Positions 32,216-40,990 of a DNA stretch of 61,711 bases are shown one piece after another. Position 1 is the stretch's first letter. Every line of letters begins with the position of its first letter. Under the pieces are notes generated by a model. That model saw only the letters and a list, made by a program, of their open reading frames with translations. It was not told the DNA's origin and did no database searches. Both the position numbers and the translations under genes were made by a program. The stretch is from Candidatus Gorgyraea atricola (GTDB taxonomy: Bacteria; Omnitrophota; Gorgyraeia; Gorgyraeales; Gorgyraeaceae), in NCBI GenBank assembly GCA_030765235.1, contig JAVCCW010000018.1, positions 91,465 through 153,175 of the forward strand, read 5' to 3'.

Positions 32216-34114
32216 TCAGTCCTTTTCTGCCTTAACCTGGCCCACTATTTCTCTAAGCATCCTGCAATACAGGTCAAACCCAACTGTTGAGATATATCCG
32301 TGTTGCTGCGAGCCAAGCACATTGCCCGCGCCCCTTATCTCCAGATCCTCCATCGCGATCTTAAAGCCAGAGCCCAATTCTCTGTAACGCTCCAGGGCCC
32401 TTAAGCGCTTTTCTGATTCACTGCTTATAACGCGGCCCTTTGGCACTAGAAAATACGCGTATGCCTTGTTCTTAAACCTGCCCACGCGACCTTTTAATTG
32501 ATATAAGTCTGCGAGTCCGAATCGATCCGCTCGATTCACTATCAATGTATTGGCATTCGGTATATCTATACCAGACTCTATTATAATGGTACAGACGAGA
32601 ACGTCAATAGTTCCTTTCATAAAATCCCTCATCACCTTTTCCAGTTCTCTTGAGTGCATCTGGCCATGCGCAATAGCCATTTTCACGCTAGGGACAAGCT
32701 TAGAGAGATTCACAGCTACTTTGTCTATTGTCTCGACTCTATTGTGTATAAAAAATACCTGGCCCCTACGCTTTTTCTCCCTTAAGATAGCCTGCTTCAC
32801 TAAGGCGCTGTCATATTCTGACACAATGACCTCGACAGGCAGCCTGTCTTTGGGCGGCGTCTCTATAATGGACATGTCTTTCACGCCCATAAGAGACATG
32901 TAAAGTGTGCGCGGTATTGGAGTAGCTGTCAATGTCAGGATATCCACAAGCGAACGCATCCTCTTAAGTCTCTCTTTGTCTCTTACGCCAAAGCGCTGTT
33001 CCTCGTCTATAACGACCAGGCCCAGGTCCTTGAATTTCAGATTCTTTCTTAAAATAGCATGCGTACCTATTATCACATCGACGAGGCCTTTTTCAGCTTC
33101 CTTGATGATCTTGGCGATCTCGCCCTGCGTCCTGAATCGACAGACGATCTCCACCTTTATAGGAAAATCTTTCATCCTGTCTTTAAATGTGATCAAATGC
33201 TGTTCAGCAAGCAAGGTCGTTGGTACAAGTATGGCGACCTGTTTATTATCCATGACTGCCTTAAATGCAGCCCGCAGCGCAACCTCGGTCTTGCCATAGC
33301 CTACATCACCACACAGGAGCCTGTCCATTGGCTTGGAGGATTCCATATCTTTTTTTACTTCCTGCCACGAGCGCGCCTGGTCAGGTGTTTCTTTAAAAGG
33401 AAATCTTTTCTTAAATTCGCCCTGCCATTCTGTGTCTTCTGAAAACTTGAATCCACGCAGCTTAAGACGCATTGCGCTCAGTTCAATAAGCTCAAATGCC
33501 ATTGAATATATTCCCTTTTTGACCTTCTCTTTCGCGTTTTGCCATGCCTTTGAGCCGAGCCTGTGCAATTTTGGCGGCCTTTTTTCAAATGCCACGTACT
33601 TCTGTATCAGATTCATCTCTTCTATTGGCACGTAGAGCTTATCACTATCAGCATACTCTATTACAATGTGATCCTTTTCCGCGCCGTTAAAATCTATCTT
33701 TTCAAATCCCCTGAACCGGCCTACGCCATGATCGACATGAACAACATAATCATTCAGCTGTATATCTATAAATGACTCCAGCGGCCTTTTTTCGCCAAGC
33801 TCGATCTCTTTTAATTTTCTCCTCTTTGGATACAGCCCCAGCTTCGGCAGGATAATAACCATGGCATGCTCTTCAAGTGTTTCGCTTGAAGTAATGCTGA
33901 AACTCTTTATTGAAGAAACTTTATTTCCTGAGAGCTCGATCCTTACTGGGCCTTCAAAGGTAGGCGGAAATATATCTATTATGCTGCCGCGCATGCTATA
34001 GTCACCAGGCTCAGAGATCCCCTGGCATCTCTCGTAGCCATACTCAGACAGCTCTTTAGCGAGAGTATTGTAATTTACATCTTCACCTTTGTAGATCTTT
34101 ATAGATTCAAACAT
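32216..34114 (-). CDS. mfd: transcription-repair coupling factor, compact form
   Basis: It has a CarD/TRCF RNAP-interacting domain (YVVHVDHGVGRFRG) and helicase motifs (GDVGYGKTEVA, DEEQRFG, QLKGRVGR). It is only 632 aa. Confidence 0.8.
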   Translation of the reverse strand: MFESIKIYKGEDVNYNTLAKELSEYGYERCQGISEPGDYSMRGSIIDIFPPTFEGPVRIELSGNKVSSIKSFSITSSETLEEHAMVIILPKLGLYPKRRKLKEIELGEKRPLESFIDIQLNDYVVHVDHGVGRFRGFEKIDFNGAEKDHIVIEYADSDKLYVPIEEMNLIQKYVAFEKRPPKLHRLGSKAWQNAKEKVKKGIYSMAFELIELSAMRLKLRGFKFSEDTEWQGEFKKRFPFKETPDQARSWQEVKKDMESSKPMDRLLCGDVGYGKTEVALRAAFKAVMDNKQVAILVPTTLLAEQHLITFKDRMKDFPIKVEIVCRFRTQGEIAKIIKEAEKGLVDVIIGTHAILRKNLKFKDLGLVVIDEEQRFGVRDKERLKRMRSLVDILTLTATPIPRTLYMSLMGVKDMSIIETPPKDRLPVEVIVSEYDSALVKQAILREKKRRGQVFFIHNRVETIDKVAVNLSKLVPSVKMAIAHGQMHSRELEKVMRDFMKGTIDVLVCTIIIESGIDIPNANTLIVNRADRFGLADLYQLKGRVGRFKNKAYAYFLVPKGRVISSESEKRLRALERYRELGSGFKIAMEDLEIRGAGNVLGSQQHGYISTVGFDLYCRMLREIVGQVKAEKD

Positions 34115-34120
34115 ATAAAT

Positions 34121-34218
34121 CGCGGAAATACGCAGAAGCCCGCCTTCGGCGGGACGCGGAACCTACGCGGAAACTCAACTTCAGCGTAGTTCCGCGTTAC
34201 GTTCCGCGTGGTTCCGCG
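34121..34218. repeat. CGCGGAA / TTCCGCG box cluster (argS-mfd spacer)
   Basis: CGCGGAA occurs at 34121, 34155 and 34166, and TTCCGCG at 34190, 34202 and 34212. A GC hairpin cccgcc-ttc-ggcggg lies at 34139-34153. Confidence 0.8.
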
Positions 34219-34223
34219 GTATC

Positions 34224-35855
34224 TTACATTTTCTCAGGAGCATTCACTCCAAGCAGACTCAATCCGCTAAAAAGCACTGCCTTGACTGCTTTTATCAAAG
34301 AGAGTCTGGCCCCAGTAACATTATTATCGTCAGTTACCACTCGATAAGAATTGTAATAGGAATGAAAAAGGCTGGCTAATTCCTGCAGATAAGACAATAA
34401 TATATATGGTTCAAGATTATTTGCAGCTGTCTGGATTATCTTTGGATAGCGCATCAGGTTCTTTATTAAGCTGATCTCTTCTGGCTTATCAAGAAGGTGT
34501 AGATTTCTCACGTCAGGCTTAGCACCTTCTGAAAACTTACCAATGCTGGCGATCCTTGCATGTGCGTATTGGATGTAATAAACAGGGTTGTCCATGCTCT
34601 TGGACTTTGCGAGCTCTAAATCAAAATCCAGGTGGCTATCAGTGCGGCGCATCATAAAAAAGAACCTGCCCGCGTCCTTGCCTACCTCGTCAATCACCTG
34701 CCTCAGGGTTATGAACTCTCCTTCTCTTGTGGACATCTTCATTGGCTTTTTGTCTCTATAGAGCGTGACAAGTTGGGAGATAAGGATCGAAAGGTTGTCC
34801 TTGTCAAAACCGAGCGCCTGGCACGCGGCCTTCATGCGATTCACGTAGCCATGATGATCAGGCCCCCATATGTTTATCACCTTCTTGTATCCCTTTTCAA
34901 ATTTTTCCTTGTGATAGGCAATGTCTGGCGCAAGATATGTGAAACTCCCATCATTTTTTATCACAACTCTATCCTTGTCATCCTTAAATCTGGTAGACGC
35001 AAACCAGGTAGCGCCATCCTTCTCATACAAAAACCCCTTGTCTTTTAAAATCGCAAGGGCCTTTTTTATCTTTCCGGATTCAGAAAGCTTTCTCTGGCTA
35101 TACCATACATCAAAATGTACGCCAAAATCATCCAGGTCCTTTTTTATCGTAGTCATGATCTGCTTATAGGCATAATCAGCAAAAGATTTATCAGGCGTAT
35201 CCTTCTTTGCCCTATCTTTCATCTCTCTCGCGATCTCATATATGTAATCGCCTTTATAGCCATTTTCAGGAAACCCTGAGCCTTCGCCGATCGCCTCCAA
35301 AAACCTTGCCTTGACTGAACAGCCAAGGATATTCATCTGCACGCCTTCATCATTGAGGTAATATTCGCGTGTCACTTTATATCCGCAGTTTTCCATGATC
35401 CTCGCAAGACTGTCGCCAATAGCTGCCTGCCTGCCATGCGCCACAGTCAATGGCCCTGTGGGATTAGCGCTCACGAACTCGATCTGCACCTTCTTGCCTT
35501 TTCCGATAGTGGAGCAGCCAAACTTATTTTTCTGGCCAAGGATATCCTTGAGCTCATCTATTGCTGAACTGCGTGAAAGGTAAAAATTTATAAATCCGGG
35601 TTTCTCTATCTTGATCTGGTCGATATCGTCTTTTGGTCGAACCATCTCTCTTACAAGGTTCGACGCTATCTCCATAGGCGATCTTTTCAGCGACTGTGTA
35701 AGCCGCATCGCTATGTTCGTAGAAAAATCTCCAAACCTGTCTTCTTTCGGGTATTCAAGGTAGACTTCAGGTAAGACCTTGGCGGGACAGTCAGGATATG
35801 ACTTTTTTATGGACTCTTCTATTAGATTTATTATTTTCTCTTCTAGTTTTGACAT
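34224..35855 (-). CDS. argS: arginine--tRNA ligase
   Basis: Class I motifs (SANPTGPLTVAHGR, KMSTREG) and the anticodon-binding C-terminus are present. Confidence 0.93.
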   Translation of the reverse strand: MSKLEEKIINLIEESIKKSYPDCPAKVLPEVYLEYPKEDRFGDFSTNIAMRLTQSLKRSPMEIASNLVREMVRPKDDIDQIKIEKPGFINFYLSRSSAIDELKDILGQKNKFGCSTIGKGKKVQIEFVSANPTGPLTVAHGRQAAIGDSLARIMENCGYKVTREYYLNDEGVQMNILGCSVKARFLEAIGEGSGFPENGYKGDYIYEIAREMKDRAKKDTPDKSFADYAYKQIMTTIKKDLDDFGVHFDVWYSQRKLSESGKIKKALAILKDKGFLYEKDGATWFASTRFKDDKDRVVIKNDGSFTYLAPDIAYHKEKFEKGYKKVINIWGPDHHGYVNRMKAACQALGFDKDNLSILISQLVTLYRDKKPMKMSTREGEFITLRQVIDEVGKDAGRFFFMMRRTDSHLDFDLELAKSKSMDNPVYYIQYAHARIASIGKFSEGAKPDVRNLHLLDKPEEISLIKNLMRYPKIIQTAANNLEPYILLSYLQELASLFHSYYNSYRVVTDDNNVTGARLSLIKAVKAVLFSGLSLLGVNAPEKM

Positions 35856-36975
35856 GTGGGAATCTTTTCTGTTTTTTATTTAACGTGCCCAAGAACACCT
35901 TAGTGATCTTTGGATCAAACTGCTTACCTGCGCCTCTTAAAAGTTCTTGTCTGACCTGTCTATACGACAAGGCCTTTCTGTAGGGTCTATCTGAGACCAT
36001 TGATTCATATGCATCAACTATTGCGAGTATTCTCGCTGCCAAGGGTATCTTATCTTTTTTTAATTTTCCAGGATATCCATTACCATCATACCTCTCATGG
36101 TGACGCAATATTATGGGCGCGAGTTCCTTTAAAAAACCTATCTGCTCTACAATGCCCGAACCCATGACAGGATGCATCACCATTACCTTCCATTCATCCT
36201 GATTTAACTTTGATGGCTTTCTGAGTATACCGACATCTATACCTATCTTGCCTATGTCGTGCAAAAGGCTCGCGTATCTGAGGACCTCCCTATCGTGCTC
36301 CGGGAAATGAAGCGCCTTTGCAACATCCATGCAGTGCTTCATCACACGCTCTGAATGACCATAGGTATGACTATCCTTGGCATCTATGATGTTCGAGAGC
36401 GTCCGGATCGTATTTAAATAACCCTTTTCAGCCTGCTCGTAGAGTCTGGCATTCTCGATCGCTATGGTTGCCTGACCAGCAAGCATTGATAAGAGCTCTA
36501 CATCATGCTTTGTATAGTTGCATATTTTTTTATTGTAAATGCTCAAGGTCCCTATGATCCTGTTTTTCTGCACCAACGGCACTGTCATTAATGAACGCAG
36601 GCCCTTTTGTCTCGCAAGCTGCGGATATTTATAATGTTTCTCTCTGCGTATATCTCTGATTATGTAAGGCTTCCCTTTTTGTACGACTCGGCCTGCAATG
36701 CTCTCGCCGACCTCAAGGCTCTTCTTTATCTTATAAAAACCCTGATCCAGATTATAGGCGCATTTTAATATAAGCAACTGTCTGGAGTGATCCAACAGCC
36801 TCAAAGAACAGGCAGAGGCATTCATGATCCTTGCTGCCTTGCGAGTAATTAATTTAAGGACTTGATCTAAGTGAAGAGTAGAGGTTATGGATTTACCGAC
36901 CTCGTAGAGGGTGGAGAGTTCTTTTATTTTCTTTTGGAGGTTTTTTTCGAGCGTCTTTTCTTCTTTTTTTGACAT
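35791..36975 (-). CDS. GAF-domain HD-GYP phosphodiesterase (c-di-GMP turnover)
   Basis: It has an N-terminal GAF-like domain and an HD-GYP core (LLHDIGKIG, HHERYDGNGYP). The ORF overlaps rsfS by 52 nt and argS by 65 nt. Confidence 0.85.
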   Translation of the reverse strand: MSKKEEKTLEKNLQKKIKELSTLYEVGKSITSTLHLDQVLKLITRKAARIMNASACSLRLLDHSRQLLILKCAYNLDQGFYKIKKSLEVGESIAGRVVQKGKPYIIRDIRREKHYKYPQLARQKGLRSLMTVPLVQKNRIIGTLSIYNKKICNYTKHDVELLSMLAGQATIAIENARLYEQAEKGYLNTIRTLSNIIDAKDSHTYGHSERVMKHCMDVAKALHFPEHDREVLRYASLLHDIGKIGIDVGILRKPSKLNQDEWKVMVMHPVMGSGIVEQIGFLKELAPIILRHHERYDGNGYPGKLKKDKIPLAARILAIVDAYESMVSDRPYRKALSYRQVRQELLRGAGKQFDPKITKVFLGTLNKKQKRFPHVKTRRENNKSNRRVHKKVIS

Positions 36976-37310
36976 ATCCTACTTCTTGGAGCATCGCTCC
37001 ATAGATCTTCCAGGCTGTAAAACTCTCTTACTTCTTTTATAAAAATATGCGCCGCGACATTATAGGCATCTACGAGAACCCAGCTCCCTTCCTGATACCC
37101 TTCGATACCAGAGAAAGATTCGTCTGCTTTTCGTAAACCCTCTTTTATATTATCTGCGATTGTCTGGGCGCGTCTTGTTGAAGCGGCTGTCGCAATGATA
37201 AAGAAGTCTGTGATGTTGGATATCTTTCTCATATCCAACATCGCTATATCTTCTGCCTTCTTTGCCCTTGCAAGATCAACTACCAAGAGCGCCTTTTGTC
37301 TTGATGTCAC
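36924..37310 (-). CDS. rsfS: ribosomal silencing factor RsfS (iojap family)
   Basis: DFFIIATAASTRRAQTIADNI...WVLVDAYNVAAHIF is the RsfS pattern. The nadD-rsfS neighbourhood is conserved, though here it is interrupted. Confidence 0.88.
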   Translation of the reverse strand: MTSRQKALLVVDLARAKKAEDIAMLDMRKISNITDFFIIATAASTRRAQTIADNIKEGLRKADESFSGIEGYQEGSWVLVDAYNVAAHIFIKEVREFYSLEDLWSDAPRSRICQKKKKRRSKKTSKRK

Positions 37311-37331
37311 GTATTATTCCAGGTTAAATCG

Positions 37332-37478
37332 TTATTTGTTTCCCATGATGCAGAACATGTTTGTGCTGCATGAAGGGCATTTTCCCTTCATAGCTTTTCT
37401 ACCATTCTTCATAGTAACTTCCTTTGCATTGTTCATTTCCTTCTTTGCCTTACACTTTACACAATAACCTTGGGCCAT
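37332..37478 (-). CDS. small zinc-ribbon protein (DUF5679-like), 48 aa
   Basis: My own translation gives MAQGYCVKCKAKKEMNNAKEVTMKNGRKAMKGKCPSCSTNMFCIMGNK, with paired CxxC motifs. GGAGGTG lies 5 nt upstream of the ATG. The ORF is below the track length cutoff. Confidence 0.7.
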   Translation of the reverse strand: MAQGYCVKCKAKKEMNNAKEVTMKNGRKAMKGKCPSCSTNMFCIMGNK

Positions 37479-37512
37479 TAGGCACCTCCCTTTGTTTTGC
37501 TAATTGGTGACA

Positions 37513-37541
37513 ACTTTAACACATTATTCCTTGAATGTCAA
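37513..37541 (-). promoter_or_regulatory. candidate sigma70-like promoter for the small zinc-ribbon ORF
   Basis: The minus strand reads TTGACA (37541-37536), a 17-nt spacer, then TAAAGT (37518-37513). Confidence 0.45.
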
Positions 37542-37634
37542 GTCCAACTCTAATGTAATTCTTGTGCAACTTTTGAATGTGAAGGATTTTCCTGTGGAGA
37601 TTTTATCAATTGTTTGGTGGGATAATTATAGAAT

Positions 37635-38141
37635 CTAAATAGAAATTCCTGATTTTAAAGTCGAATCTATGCTAGAATTAATACTGTCTAAAGTAGCATT
37701 AAGCTTCTCTATCTCAATTCCAAACCTCTGAGAGCTCTCCAGAGTCCTTTCCTGGCTCTTCAAGGTACTTTTCTGTACTTTATCAACTTTTTTCAGTTTA
37801 AACACCAAGCTATCCAATGCAACCTTTGCTTTATCTAAAGGCCCTTCTTTTTCTAATATTTTTGGCTGTGGAAGCAACAATATAAAAAACATCAATCCGA
37901 TGATAATAGGTGTCACAAATTTAAATAGCTCGGTACTATGATCTTTGACCTGGTTCTCATTGGATGCTATTTTTGATTGCATTGCTTCATGCCAGGCCTC
38001 TCCTTCCGATGTCGATAATTGCTGTGGAATTCTTAACGCAAGGCTATCTTTTGATGATGCCAAGGGATAAACATTACCTGAGAAAAGAAACACAAATATT
38101 AGTACTATGGGCAGTATTTTTTTAAAAAAGCTCGTATTCAT
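37635..38141 (-). CDS. hypothetical membrane/coiled-coil protein
   Basis: The ATG at 38141 is preceded by AGGAGGT. It has an N-terminal signal/anchor, a second transmembrane helix (IIIGLMFFILLL) and a Ser/Lys-rich helical tail. I recognise no family, and the gene is AT-rich. Confidence 0.55.
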   Translation of the reverse strand: MNTSFFKKILPIVLIFVFLFSGNVYPLASSKDSLALRIPQQLSTSEGEAWHEAMQSKIASNENQVKDHSTELFKFVTPIIIGLMFFILLLPQPKILEKEGPLDKAKVALDSLVFKLKKVDKVQKSTLKSQERTLESSQRFGIEIEKLNATLDSINSSIDSTLKSGISI

Positions 38142-38212
38142 TTTTACCTCCTGAGAAATTCTAATATTGCTTTTATAAACTATTTTAATAGTACCACAAA
38201 AAAATTCTTGTG

Positions 38213-38803
38213 TCAAGTATAATTAATGAGATTGTGTTGATACAGTCCGCGCTTTTCTATATAATTCCTCGCACTTGCAGGCACCAGCCTTGTTATCGAT
38301 TGGCGATCCTTTACCTTTCTGCGTATATCACTGGATGAGACATTTTTTGCATTGATATGGAGAGTTAGAAAACGAGGGTCTATATTCCTCATGCTAAACC
38401 CTGGCCTTTTAACTACTACAAATGTGCACAGCCTCAAGATCTCCTCTATGTCTCTCCACTTATCAATATCCTTTAATGAATCAGAGCCTGTTATGAAGAA
38501 AAACTGTGCCTTTTTGCCATAGCGTCTCTTAAGCTGCCTCAGCGTATCCACTGAATAGGATTTGCCCTTTCTCTTCAGCTCAATGCCGGATAATTCTAAC
38601 TTCTTTGAACGGGCTATGGCCAGTTTCACCATATTATGTCTGTGGGTTCCGCTTGAAATCCTTATGTCTGGCTTATGTGGTGGGATATATGTAGGGATGA
38701 ATATAATCTTTTTTAGAGCAAGTCTCTTGCACAGCTCTCTTGCCAGATGGATGTGGCCATTATGAATAGGATCAAATGTGCCTCCTAGGATACCGATGCG
38801 CAT
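38213..38803 (-). CDS. nadD: nicotinate-nucleotide adenylyltransferase
   Basis: MRIGILGGTFDPIHNGH motif and the ISSSDIR-like SSSDIRRK motif. Confidence 0.9.
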   Translation of the reverse strand: MRIGILGGTFDPIHNGHIHLARELCKRLALKKIIFIPTYIPPHKPDIRISSGTHRHNMVKLAIARSKKLELSGIELKRKGKSYSVDTLRQLKRRYGKKAQFFFITGSDSLKDIDKWRDIEEILRLCTFVVVKRPGFSMRNIDPRFLTLHINAKNVSSSDIRRKVKDRQSITRLVPASARNYIEKRGLYQHNLINYT

Positions 38804-40065
38804 TCTTGGATCGCCTCTGATAATGTGGGGTGGGCGTGTATTACACTTGCTAATTTCTCAGACGTGAGGCCAAACTGGACACATGGAGCGATTTCAGAGA
38901 TCAGCTCAGTTACATGAGGTCCTATCATTTGAGCGCCCAGTATCTTATCAGTTTTAGTATCAACGACTAATTTTATAAAACCTTCTGTCTCGCCTAAGAT
39001 ATGTGCCTTGCCAATAGCTGAAAACAGGAATTTCCTTGAGCGACTACTCTCTGCCTGTCTTTGAGTCAGCCCTACGCTTGCTATTTCTGGATGCGTAAAG
39101 ATGCAGCTTGGTATAACATTGTAGTTAATAGTAGGTTTTTTGCCAGCTATTGATTCAACAGCAGAGATACCTTCTCTTGAGGCTATATGGGCTAGAAGGA
39201 TTCCACCTATGATATCACCAGCAGCATAAACATTCTTAACATTAGTCCTGAAATCTTTATCCACCTTCACCCATCCCTTATCATCCCTTACTATCCCCTC
39301 TAATCCCTTAGAATTAGCTACCCTGCCTACGCTTACCAAAATCTTTTCTGCTACCACTTCAGAACCATTGGATAAAATAGCCTTGCCCTTTTCTACCTTC
39401 TCAACTTTTGTCTTTGTAAATACCTTTATGCCTCGCTTCTTAAAGACTTGTTCGAGCTTTCTTGCGATCTCAGCATCCTCTGTTGGCAATAATTGCTCCA
39501 TCATCTCCACAATGGTCACATCAGCGCCAAATGTCCTGAAGATCGAGGCAAATTCACATCCTACTACCCCGCCGCCTATGATCAGGATGCTTTTCGGCAC
39601 AGACTTTAGATTCAGCATGTCTGTGCTCGAGAGAATCGTCTTCCCATCAAACTCCATGCCTGGTAGTTGAAATGGTGAAGAGCCTGTTGCTATTAAAATA
39701 TTCTTCGCATCTACTGCATCTATTTTTGCCTCGGCCTTTATGAGCTCTATCTTCTTTGTCTTAAATAGCATCTCTATATCAGAGCTAAGCTTTTTTACAA
39801 TATTGTCCTTTCTCTCCTGCGCCTTTACAAAATCCAGCTCATAGCCCTTTACATTAATACCAAACTCTGCTGAACGCTGTACATTAGTCAAGACCGAAGC
39901 CGTAGCAGAAAGCGCCTTAGTAGGTATACACCCCCAATTCAAACAAACCCCACCCACAGCGTCTTTCTCATACACAGCCACGCTCATCCCAAACTGCGCA
40001 GCCTTAACCGCAGCCACATACCCCCCAGGCCCAGCCCCAATTATCCCAACATCATATTTACTCAT
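38785..40065 (-). CDS. lpdA: dihydrolipoyl dehydrogenase-like flavoprotein disulfide reductase
   Basis: GAGPGGY FAD motif, the redox-active GGVCLNWGCIPTK, and a C-terminal dimerisation domain with HAHPTLSE. It is shorter than typical (426 aa), and no E1 or E2 genes are adjacent. Confidence 0.8.
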   Translation of the reverse strand: MSKYDVGIIGAGPGGYVAAVKAAQFGMSVAVYEKDAVGGVCLNWGCIPTKALSATASVLTNVQRSAEFGINVKGYELDFVKAQERKDNIVKKLSSDIEMLFKTKKIELIKAEAKIDAVDAKNILIATGSSPFQLPGMEFDGKTILSSTDMLNLKSVPKSILIIGGGVVGCEFASIFRTFGADVTIVEMMEQLLPTEDAEIARKLEQVFKKRGIKVFTKTKVEKVEKGKAILSNGSEVVAEKILVSVGRVANSKGLEGIVRDDKGWVKVDKDFRTNVKNVYAAGDIIGGILLAHIASREGISAVESIAGKKPTINYNVIPSCIFTHPEIASVGLTQRQAESSRSRKFLFSAIGKAHILGETEGFIKLVVDTKTDKILGAQMIGPHVTELISEIAPCVQFGLTSEKLASVIHAHPTLSEAIQECASVS

Positions 40066-40937
40066 AGTTTTTTTATAGCCTCATGGATTGATTGAGCGGA
40101 TTTTTTTAGGGAGGTTTTTTCGGGTTTGGTTAGGTTGATTTCTATGATTTTTTTTATGCCTGATGCGGCTAATACGATTGGAACGCCTATGTATAGGTCT
40201 TTTTCATTGTATTCGCCGTTTAGGTAGGCGCTGGCGCATAGGGTTTTGTTCTCGTCTTTTATGATTGCCTTGACCATGCTAAAGACTGCTGCGGATGGTG
40301 AGAAATATGCGCTGCCTGTTTTTAGGTGTGAGACGATTTCTGCGCCGCGCTGTTTGGCGCGGTCGGAAGCTTCTTTAAATGCATCGTCTTTTAATTTATC
40401 TGAGCGATTTATGGCGACCATTGTGTCGCCATGGCTGCCCATCATGAAGATCTTATCTTTTTCTATTTTTCCTGGAGCGACATTTGCAAATCTCGCAGAG
40501 TCTAACACACCTGCCATGCCAATGACTTTACGCGGATCAAATCCAGTTTCTTTCATCATGATGTAACTCATTACGTCTAAAGGATTTGTGACAACTATTA
40601 CAATCGCGGAGCTGCATAATTTTTTTATGTGACTAGCTACGTCTTTAATTATTTTTGCGTTTTTCTGTAAAAGATCATCTCGAGACATGCCAGGTTTACG
40701 TGCAAGGCCAGCTGTCATGACTACTATGTCAGAACCTGCGATGTCTTTAAAATCTTCTGAGCCAACAATATTGGACCTTGAACCAGTTATAGGCCTGGCA
40801 TCAGAGATATCAAGCGCCTTGCCTTTTGCAAGACCCGGCACAATATCCACTAACACTACATCGCTAAGATCAGCATCAATAATCCTCGATGCCGTCATTG
40901 CTCCTACGTTACCTGCGCCTATTATGGTTATTTTCAT
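40062..40937 (-). CDS. mdh: malate dehydrogenase (LDH-like family)
   Basis: MKITIIGAGNVGA, the substrate-specifying GLARKPGMSRDDL (Arg) and VTNPLD. Confidence 0.85.
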   Translation of the reverse strand: MKITIIGAGNVGAMTASRIIDADLSDVVLVDIVPGLAKGKALDISDARPITGSRSNIVGSEDFKDIAGSDIVVMTAGLARKPGMSRDDLLQKNAKIIKDVASHIKKLCSSAIVIVVTNPLDVMSYIMMKETGFDPRKVIGMAGVLDSARFANVAPGKIEKDKIFMMGSHGDTMVAINRSDKLKDDAFKEASDRAKQRGAEIVSHLKTGSAYFSPSAAVFSMVKAIIKDENKTLCASAYLNGEYNEKDLYIGVPIVLAASGIKKIIEINLTKPEKTSLKKSAQSIHEAIKKL

Positions 40938-40990
40938 GTCTTATTTTGGCACACTAAAGTGTGCCCTACAGCTGCTATAAGCTGCTTCTT

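Noticed and set aside
40946-40963. Hairpin ggcacac-taaa-gtgtgcc between icd and mdh as an intrinsic terminator
   Set aside because: On the transcribed (minus) strand the stem-loop is followed by an A-rich tract, not a U-rich one, and the stem is only 7 bp. It is not convincing as a terminator.
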